Below, piece by piece: positions 53,928 through 64,000 of a stretch of DNA of 64,000 nucleotides. A model generated the notes under the pieces. The model worked only from the letters and a program-made list of their open reading frames with translations. It ran no database searches and was not told the origin of the DNA. Source of the stretch: Octopus vulgaris (Eukaryota); the NCBI GenBank assembly GCA_951406725.2, contig OX597814.1, positions 144,150,001 to 144,214,000 of the forward strand. The letters run 5' to 3'. The number at the start of each line of letters is the position of its first letter. Positions within the stretch are counted from its first letter, which is position 1. The translations under genes were made by a program, and so were the position numbers.

Positions 53928-55369
53928 GGTGGTGGTGGTGGTGGTGATGGTGGGGTGGTGGTGAGGATGATGATGATGACGACGATATGATGATGGTATA
54001 GATTTGCTGCTACCTATCTGGATAACGAAAGTTAAACTCACAAAGATTCTTTAAAACGCCTGCAAATAAACTTAGCAGATAAAAATCTTTGATAATTTCT
54101 AATAAACTAAGTAGATAAATATATTCTACTGATTCTTCAAATCGAAATTCTTCGTGCCCGATTTCTTTTTTTTCTTTTTTTTTTTTCAAAAGAATTATTT
54201 AATACGGATTGCAATTCTTTTACTTGTTTTATTGAACTTTGGGTATCATCTTGAAGGATTTAGTCGAAAATATCGGCCCCAGTACATTTTTTATAATGTG
54301 TAGTATTCATTCTATTGAGTTCTTTTGCCAAAGAACTAGATTATGGAGCCATCAACAAAGTAACACCGGTTGTCAAGCGGTGAGGAGAGAAACACAGACA
54401 CGTATACACATACATACACGCACACACATATACGATAGACTTCCAGAGGGTTTCCAGCCATCAAATTCGCACAGAAAGCATTGGTCGACCTGGGACTATA
54501 GCAGGATACACATGCCAAGGTTTCACGCGCTGAAACTGAATTCGAAGCATGTAGCGAAGCGAACGTTTTCACCACACAGTCGTGCCTATGTCCGTAAGTA
54601 AATAAAGTAAGACAAATATTTGCTTCCTAATTTAATATATATTCCCGACATATGTAACATGGTCACGATGGCTCATTATTTGCAATATATAAAAATCTAA
54701 TTTATTGTCTGCTACTATGTTAACACAAACACACAAAAATGAAGTCATTTACGTGTGTGTGTATGTGTGTGTGCGTGCGTATGTGTGTGTGTGTGTGTGT
54801 GTGTGCGTATGTGTGTGTGTTTGTGTGTGTGTTCGTATGAATGTGTGCACTGTAAAACAACTTCATTGTCTCTAATCAGCAACAGATAATTACACGAAGG
54901 TGATTAGTCATGCTGTATGTATAAATCATTGCATGTCGTCTGCTGCCATTGCATGTTGTTTGCAACTTATCACTCTTGAAATTCACAAATTTATCATTTT
55001 GTAGACCCACTCAAACCATCTCCAACCGACAAGGGACAATCTACCTGGTCTCTGGACTTACTAGATATAGCAGCTAAATACATATCAAATCAGATCCTAC
55101 CGTCGTAAGACGAGAAAATAAAGATGCATTGAATGATGCGGTCTCGGATGCAGGGACGACCTAATATCATATACTTGCTACAGTATAGAGCACATTATAC
55201 ATATACAGGATAAAAGTTATAGTATATATTATATAATAGATAAACGATATAAATAGTACTCATTTACACACATACACACACATATATGTATATACATACA
55301 TAATTTTTTATACTCGAACAAAAGAGCTTATGTATACAAATGTATATTTGTATACATATAGATAGTATG

Positions 55370-55859
<490 letters not shown>

Positions 55860-56514
55860 GCATATATGGGTACAGGACTTCACCAATATTACTCAACATG
55901 AAATATGAAAGCAAATGAGTTTAATACGCAAACAACGACAGAAACAAATGGAAAACAGGACAAGTAACATAAAGACGAACCTTCATCGGTTGTCGGCTGC
56001 CGATTTACTCCTCATTTTGAACATTGAGCGACAATATGAGTCTTCGAAGACAGTTGGTCCCATAAGTACCAAAATAAAATTTGGGATTTATGGAGGTTCA
56101 AAGTTGAGAACAAAAATAGGACAGTGGAAACGTACAAGGAAACCGAACGAAAACAAACACGGAGGGTCGTTAGACCAGAACAAGGGTTTAATAAAGAACG
56201 CTGGAGAAATATTTTATTTGACAAGACAGACGAGAGTGATAGGGTACGTGCTGTCCTTAAGAGAATTCTGAAAGAAAGATGATCACTTGAGGAAGAGAAA
56301 GATGCACGATGGTCACCTATGAGTAACGAGTGAGAGGGAGAGAGAGAAAGACAGAGGCAGACAGAAAACGGTGAAGGGAAGGAAAAGGGAATTAGAGAAA
56401 GGATGAGAGAGAAAACAGTATAGGGTAGAGTCGTATCAAAAAGATAAAGATAAACTCACTTGGAAATGGATGCGTGACGGTGAATGAAATATTATATATA
56501 TATACATACATACA

Positions 56515-56679
<165 letters not shown>

Positions 56680-56884
56680 GCATATATATATATGTATATA
56701 TATATATATGCATATATGTGTGTGTGTGTAGGAGAGGAATGGCAATAAAGTGGAAGAAGTTTATCTTGGACGAAGAAAAACTGAGAGCGGTTCTTCACAG
56801 ACCGCATCAGAACAGATTCGAAGAGAGAAAGAAGAGAGAAAGAGAGTTGAAGAAAGAGAACGAGAGAAATTGACAGACGTTCTA

Positions 56885-57463
56885 TATTTTATCGACGACA
56901 CTGACAGATAAATTTGACCTTAGCAGGATATGAACTTAGAACGTAAAGACAGACGAAATACCTATTTCCTTACAAGGGGCTAAACACAGAGAGTACAAAC
57001 AAGGACAGGCAAGCGGATTAAGTCGATTATATCGACTCCAGTGCGTAATTGGTACTTAATTTATCGACCCCGAAAGGATGAAAGGCAAAGTCGACCTCGG
57101 CGGAATTTGAACTCAGAACGTAACATCATACGAAATACCTATTTCATTACTACCCACAAGGGGCTAAACACAGAGAGGACAAACAAGGACAGGCAAACGG
57201 ATTAAGTCGATTATATCGACTCCAGTGCGTAATTGGTACTTAATTTATCGACCCCGAAAGGACGAAAGGCAAAGTCGACCTCGGCGGAATTTGAACTCAG
57301 AACGTAGCAGCAGACGAAATACCTATGTCATTACTACCCACAAGGATGAAAGGATGAAAGGCAAAGTCGACTTCGGCGGAATTTTAACTCAGAACGTAAC
57401 GGCAGACGAAATACGGTTACGCGTTTTGTCCGGCGTGCTAACGTTTCTGCCAGCTCGCAACCT
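56885..57463 (-). mobile_element. family A SINE concatemer
   Basis: Units of about 180 bp joined at ACGAAATACCTAT; only the terminal unit keeps the A-box head. Confidence 0.88.
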
Positions 57464-57621
57464 TATTTTTTTGTAATGTTTTAAATATATTCCTGTGGAA
57501 ATTGAAATCTACTTCTGGTGTTGTTATACGCGTGGTTAATCGTTATATTTACACACACACACACACACACACACATACATACATATACATATAAACATAG
57601 ATATACATATATATATATATA

Positions 57622-57663
<42 letters not shown>

Positions 57664-57953
57664 CACATAGATATATACGTATGAATGTATGTATGTATGT
57701 TTATGTGTAAGTACATATGTGTACATGTATATGTGTGTATATGTGTGTAATTTGATATTAATTATCTGCTTCACCCCGTAGTCTGAAATCAACAACTGAA
57801 AAGATTTAAACAATATGGCAAGTCATATAAAGATGTACATTAAAGTCTGTGCTTCCTCCCATGCACACACAGACACACACACAAATACACACACATGTAC
57901 GTGCGTGAGTATGTATGTATGTATATATGCATGTATGTATGTATATGTGTATG

Positions 57954-58007
<54 letters not shown>

Positions 58008-58077
58008 AGGCGCAGTTGTGGCTGTGTGGTAAGAAACTAGCTTCTCAGCCACATGTTTCCGGGCATGTATATATACA

Positions 58078-58890
58078 GTGGCTTACCTTCCCTCTCACAT
58101 CCATGACACTAACCATGCGCTTCGTTTGTTCAACTCTTTCTCCTTTCCTCCTGGCCCCTCTAAACTTCTCTTCACTCTCGACATCCAGAGCCTTTACACG
58201 GTGATCCCTCACCACGAGGGTCTTCGTGCACGCCAACACTACCTTGACCTTCGACTCAACCCCCAACCTTGCACATCCACACTCGTTCATCTGACCGAAC
58301 TTGTCCTCTCACTCAAATGCTTCTCGTACGCTGGTGATTTTTACCAGCAGTATCTTGGGGGTGACGATGGGAACGAGAATGGGCCTTAACTATGCGAACT
58401 TGTCTGTTGGCTACGTTGAGGCCCAATTATTCTCATGTGTCACTGGTCCCACTCCAGAACTCTACGGCCATTATATTGACGACTGTATCGGTGCGACCTC
58501 ACTCTCCCGCGAACATCTAGACTCATTCTCTTTTGTCAAATCTTTCCATCCTGCCCTCCACTTCTCTTGCACTATCTCTGATACTTCTGTCTCCTTTCTT
58601 GACATTTTGGTCAGCATTCATCACTCCACTCTGACCACCTCCATCCACTAAAAACACACAGACTCACACTCATACGTCAACTTCTCTTTCTCCTACCCTA
58701 AACACACCAAGCTCTCCATCCCCTATTCCAAATTCCTCCATCTACACAGGCTTTGCTGTGACGAGCATGACTTTGAGACTCAGTCTCAACTCATGGCTCG
58801 CCACATCATTCTACGTGGATATACCCTCACCAGTATCCACACCGCCCTTGACACAGCACGTTCTATAGACCGTGCATCTGCTCTCGTCCT
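58078..58890 (+). pseudogene. Penelope-like element (Neptune-type) reverse transcriptase remnant
   Basis: LPSHIHDTNHAL..LFTLDIQSLYTVIPH..GVTMGTRMGLNYANL..HYIDDCIG..VSFLDILV..KHTDSHSY..SIPYSKFLHLHRLC..RGY; RT motifs with a frameshift near 58350 and a stop at 58649-58651. Confidence 0.88.
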
Positions 58891-58941
58891 AGAAATTCAC
58901 ACTGATTGGGTTTTTTGTCTCAATTTATTTAAACCATATAT

Positions 58942-59035
<94 letters not shown>

Positions 59036-59737
59036 TGGATTTCCACAGCTTCCTTCCACCAAATTTGCTCGCAAGGTATCAGCCACCCTGCAGCTAAAGT
59101 AGAGGACGCTTGCCTAAGGTGTTACGCAGAAAAAATGTGAACCCGAAACCACGTGATAGGAAAGCGAACTTCTTAACCACATGGCCATGCCTATGCCTAG
59201 AAAGATAAATAAACGCATAAATAAAAAAAAACATTTTTTTTCACAGACAAAATGTCTAGTATAATATACACAAAATTTTAAAAGAAAATTGAATCATAAT
59301 TTATCATATAAAAAATAAGAATAAATAAAAGGCCTTTATATTAACTTGTGGCTATGTAGAAGAACCGGATGTGAGGTGTCGATTCAATTTGTGAAAGAAG
59401 TAACTTAAGTATTTATTAGAGGTTCTGTGAAGAAATGTAATACACCGTAAAATCGGTGTAGAATACAATACAAAAAAAATTCCTTTAGTAAAATATAATA
59501 TTTCCGGTGATAATTATTAGGTGTATTTTTTTATGAAAAGTCTCAGGGATATAATATGTATAAATATTATATGTAACTTGTGTAACTGCCATTGATGCTT
59601 ATTTATCGAAGGACAGATTGTCGAACAAAATACTTGAAATTGCAAATAAAATAACATATATAAACATATATATATATATATATATATATAGTCGGCTGTG
59701 TAGGAGTTGTGAATATCAGTGCTAAGAATGCTAGCAT

Positions 59738-59800
<63 letters not shown>

Positions 59801-59802
<2 letters not shown>

Positions 59803-60043
59803 TCCTGTTCGAGCCGACGTTTTCCCGGTTTCAGTGACGTATATATTCCCCACCAGGACGGGACGCCAGTCCGTCGCAGGATCACTCATTTTTGCCATCT
59901 GAGTGGACTGGAGCAACGTGAAATGAAGTGTTTTGCTCAATTTCACTGAGGAAACGGTAAAAGGAACTTGGCCAAAACACCGAGTAGTGAAATCGAACCT
60001 GTCATCTCGTGATTGTGAAGTGAACGACTTCTTAACCACTCAG
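59801..60043 (-). mobile_element. family C SINE
   Basis: Reverse complement of 43051-43300. Confidence 0.8.
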
Positions 60044-60580
60044 TTATGAAAACGCCCTTTATACATGTGTGTGTGTGTGTGTGCGTGTGTGATGTGTGTA
60101 CTATATATATATACATACTCAGATACAGACAAACATGCACACATAAGTATATACATATGCATATACACCAATATGCGCGCGCATGCATGTGATTTCAAAT
60201 TATATTATGAAAAAATAGCAATACATTTTCATGAAAGTAGATAGTATGGCATATAATTACGATTGAAAATGAATTATTTCATGAGGTGTAAAATAATAAA
60301 ATGATAAATAAATATAAATACGGAGGAAAAAGAAACAAGAAATGTAAATAAAATTAAACACGGAGTGAAAATTAAGATAAAGTTCAAATATAATAGAGGA
60401 TCAGCAATTTTGTGGGGAGAGGGTAAGTCGAATACATCGACCCATGTAATCAACTGGTACTTATTTTATCGATCCCGAAAGGATGAAAGGCAAAATCGAT
60501 ATTTCTGCCAACTTTATTAATATTAGAAATATTAAATTTCTAAATATCTCATAGAGATATGTACGGTAGTGGGGCGATAG

Positions 60581-60662
60581 AATGGTTGTATACTGTCAAT
60601 TTAACGTGACAGTAGGGGTGGTGTAATCCCCTGTCAGGTTAAATTGACAGTATACAACCATT
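60581..60662. repeat. hairpin with perfect 25-bp outer arms
   Basis: AATGGTTGTATACTGTCAATTTAAC (60581-60605) and GTTAAATTGACAGTATACAACCATT (60638-60662), plus inner TGACAG/CTGTCA and GGGG/CCCC pairing. Confidence 0.9.
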
Positions 60663-60664
60663 TT

Positions 60665-61037
60665 ACTACTATTATTTATACAAATCAATTTTCTTTAATT
60701 AATCATAATCAATCCTTTTGTAGCAAATTAAGTAAAAATAAAAATTTAAAAGATAAAAACCAGCCTAGTTTTTACCTGTTAAAACTCAGATCATGTAAAA
60801 TTTGAAAATCGAACAGAATTACCCAATAAAGCCTCTACACCTTAAGGTTAATTTTAATCCAGCATCGAGGTCGCAATCTCCTTTTTCAATATGAACTCTC
60901 AAAAAAAAAAAAAAACACATTACGCTCTTATCCCTATGGTAACCTATAAGCAAAAATCTTGGTTTATTACTCTACAAAATTAACAAATTTAAGCAAGTTA
61001 CTTTTAATATAAAATTTTTATTCCTTGATCACCGCAA
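60665..61037 (-). pseudogene. rrnL: NUMT: fragment of the mitochondrial large-subunit (16S) rRNA 3' region
   Basis: Plus strand carries reverse complements of conserved animal mt 16S motifs in the expected order: AACTCAGATCATGTAA, TTAATCCA.CATCGAGGTCGCAA, TTACGCT.TTATCCCTATGGTAAC, ATCACC.CAA; substitutions in conserved positions. Confidence 0.9.
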
Positions 61038-62152
61038 CGGAATTTGAACTCAGAATGTAAACACGGAAGAAATACCGCTAAGCATTTTGCCCAGCATGCT
61101 AACTATTCCTCTGGTTTGCCGCTCTAGCTATCGGTATTATTGGTTTCAAATTTTAGCACAAGTCCTGAAATTCTGGGGAGGGGTAAATCGATTACATTGA
61201 CTGGTACATATTTTATATCAACCCCGAAAGGATGAAAGACAGAGCCGACCGGGGCTGAATTTGCACTCAGAACTTAAAGATGGATTAAATGCTGTTAAGC
61301 ATTTTGCCCAGCATACTAACGCTTCTGACAGCTTGGCGCCTTATAAGCTCAAATACAATGTTGATAATCAAAGATACAGATTGAGAAATGAAAGCCATTA
61401 TGAGTGTTCTAAGTATATATTATAGATAAAAATCTTAGGATTCATAAAAAGTCACGACAATCATATTTTTTATAATACTAATTATGGGATTTATAATTTA
61501 ATTTAGCCCCACACGTAGGTGTTGCAGCTTAATTTTTCAGATAGTTTTCTTATATTTTTCTCACAATTTTCTTGTTTTCTTATGATTTCCTCTATCTTAT
61601 AACATTGTTGTATATGTTCTTTTACTGTTAATATTTAAATGAAGCTAAGGCGACGAGCAGGCAGAATTATTAGTTCTCCCGGCAGCGAAATTTTTTCCCC
61701 ACGAGAGTTCCGGACCCCAGTTATGAACCCATTTCATACAGCCAATCAGAGCTCAACTATCAAACTAATCTATGAGCGCATAACAAGTGATGAGCGATAA
61801 GGTAAGATCACTTGGATAAGGAATGACCGTGCTTCTTTTCTCTTATAATAACGCTTGTTGTCCTTGTTTCAACCATGGCTGCCGCTGCGTAATTATTTGT
61901 GTTGTTTACTTTGTAAAACAGTAAGGGGAGAGGATTGTTAGCACATCACCCTCTACCCACACTTTTCCCATCTACATCTTTACCATATGGGACCCTAACA
62001 AAATCCGTTTATAGGTATAGATGCAAATCTATCTGGAGCCATGTGGTTCGGAAGCAAGCATTTTATCACACAACTACTAATATATTAATTATATATGTGA
62101 TAATTTTGTATTTCCTACGGGATACTTAAGTTTTCATATGACCGTCTGTCTA

Positions 62153-62252
<100 letters not shown>

Positions 62253-62321
62253 TGTATACATATATACACAGGGAGAGAGAGAGAGAGAGAGAGAGTCGTG
62301 AGGAATCGATCTCACGACTTT

Positions 62322-62530
62322 CTGCTCTAGGCTAAGGCCCGAAATTTTGGGGGAGGGGGCCATTCGATTACATCGACCCCCAGTACGCAACTGGTACCTA
62401 ATTTATCGACCCCAAAAGGATGAAAAGTAAAGTCGACCGCGGTGGAATTTGAACTCAGAACGTAGCGGCAGACGAAATACCGCCAAGCATTTCGTCCAGC
62501 ACGCTAACGATTCTGCCAGCTCTCCGCCTT
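62322..62530 (-). mobile_element. full-length family A SINE (tail variant 2)
   Basis: AAGGCGGAGAGCTGGCAGAATCGTTAG head on minus strand. Confidence 0.9.
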
Positions 62531-62576
62531 TGTATGTATGTATATATGTAAGCATGTGTGTGTGTATATATATACG

Positions 62577-62625
<49 letters not shown>

Positions 62626-62627
62626 GT

Positions 62628-63060
62628 ACAGGAGTGGCTGTATGGTAAGTAGCTTGCTAACCAACCACATGGTTCCGGGTTCAGTCCCACTGCGTGGCAT
62701 CTTGGGCAAGTGTCTTCTGCTATAGCCCCGGGCCGACCAATGCTTTGTGATTGGATTTGGTAGACGGAAACTGAAAGAAGCCTGTCGTATATATGTGTAT
62801 ATATATATATATGTATATATATATGTATATGTATGTGTATGTGTGTGTGTTTGTGTGTGTGTGTTTGTCCCTCTAGCATTGCTTGACAACCGATGCTGGT
62901 GTGTTTACGTCCCCGTTACTTAGCGGTTCGGCAAAAGAGACCGATAGAATAAGTACTGGGCTTACAAAGAATAAGTCCCGGGGTCGATTTGTTCGACTAA
63001 AGGCGGTGCTCCAGCATGGCCGCAGTCAAATGACTGAAACAAGTAAAAGAGTAAAGAGTA
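62628..63060 (+). mobile_element. near-full-length family B SINE
   Basis: CAGGAGTGGCTGTATGGTAAG head to AGTAAAAGAGTAAAGAGT tail. Confidence 0.92.
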
Positions 63061-63088
63061 TATATATATATATACATTTTATATATAT

Positions 63089-63158
<70 letters not shown>

Positions 63159-63673
63159 TAAATGAAAGACGGAAGATGGAATATACAAGAATTCTTTTAT
63201 TAATCATGACGATATGCTTTTACATCTCTTGATGTCACGTCCGTATATGGTATAAGTAACCTTTTTACCTTGCTAACTATTAACCAGCTCGGAGGACAAG
63301 CAGCAGATTCGATTATCGTAAATCTAATTTTTTAATTCAATAATTTTGAAAAGATTGTCAATTATTTAAAACTATATCTCATAGATTATCAAAGCTAGGT
63401 ACAAACTTTTAAGCAAGGGTGTAGACGTGTTTTTTTCTTCCTTTCTTTCTTTTTTTTTTTTTTGAAAAGCTTAAATGAATTTAAATTCTATGGAATACTT
63501 GCAATTTATTAGCAACAAAAGATTAGATGGAATCCAGTTATGACCATCCCATATTATTTTTAGTCGTTTTTAATGATGTTTTTGGTAATTTGTAGATGTT
63601 TCTTAATGTCAATGAATCAAATAGTTTTACAACAGCTTGGTTTATTTCGATTTAACAAGCTTATCTTTGCATC

Positions 63674-63741
63674 GTTGTGATTTCAGTTTAATTAATTAAT
63701 TAATTAATTAATTAATTAATTAATTAAGCTGAAATCACAAC
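63674..63741. repeat. palindrome with (TTAA)n centre
   Basis: GTTGTGATTTCAG-T-(TTAA)n-G-CTGAAATCACAAC. Confidence 0.9.
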
Positions 63742-63828
63742 AAAATTAGATGCGGAAAATAAGAAACAGCTTGAAAGTCTTGTAATATTATCCGCATTTT
63801 CTCAAATATAGCTAAGAAAAAGTGAAGT

Positions 63829-64000
63829 TGCTTATTGGTCGATAATTGTCCGTTTGATTCCAAGATCGAAAAGAAAGGGGACGAAAAAGAAAACAAACAA
63901 AAAAAGCAATCCCTTAAAATTTGAAATAGGAAGAATTTCTAGTATGAGAACTGTAAAGGTGGTGCATATAATAATTGATGCGTTTGGAACAATAAGCAAA
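63829..64000 (+). pseudogene. R4/Dong-type LINE restriction-like endonuclease remnant (runs off the window)
   Basis: CLLVDNCPFDSKIEKKGDEK..(frameshift in A-run)..PLKFEIGRISSMRTVKVVHIIIDAFGTISK, resembling the RLE pattern D..CPFD..I..K..EK...LK.EI.RIW...V.VVPIIIGALGT. Confidence 0.7.

Larger units (their letters stand above)
60400..61125 (-). mobile_element. family A SINE split by the NUMT/hairpin insert
   Basis: SINE reads ..GGCAAAATCGA up to 60499 and resumes CGGAATTTGAACTCAG at 61038. Confidence 0.8.

Noticed and set aside
55915-56271. 118-aa ORF and a minus-strand CCGATGA near 55985
   Set aside because: No recognisable protein motif, and no correctly placed stem II-GAAA downstream of the core-like heptamer; probably a non-coding repeat
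60665-61037. Functional rRNA gene or mitochondrial contamination
   Set aside because: Partial, mutated at conserved positions and embedded inside a nuclear SINE; it is a NUMT
63205-63250. Minus-strand ACATC-AAGA-GATGT hairpin followed by AAAAGCATATCGTC
   Set aside because: Both core blocks are too degenerate to call a hammerhead

Overview
Eukaryotic, AT-rich, repeat-saturated non-coding DNA (intergenic or intronic). It is most likely from an octopus: this rests on my recognition of the tRNA-derived SINE families and an AT-rich mitochondrial 16S insert, not on a database search. No intact protein-coding gene is supported; almost all supplied ORFs are microsatellite or SINE translations. The window holds dozens of SINE copies in four families (A-D here) and extensive (TA)n, (CA)n, (GATA)n, (TATG)n and (AAT)n tracts. 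Fossil transposons include a Penelope-like (Neptune-type) reverse transcriptase, a maT/DD37D transposase, pogo/Tigger, piggyBac with an internal 5 x 116 bp array, RTE and R4/Dong LINE ends, mariner MITEs and non-autonomous Helitrons. A mitochondrial 16S rRNA NUMT interrupts a SINE. The most notable signal is about nine minimal type I hammerhead-ribozyme motifs (CUGANGA-stem II-GAAA-short palindromic stem III-NUH). They fall in several unrelated short elements embedded in (TA)n/(AAT)n tracts, some as inverted pairs, in the same window as the Penelope-like RT. This suggests a non-autonomous Penelope/retrozyme-like system; activity is not demonstrated.
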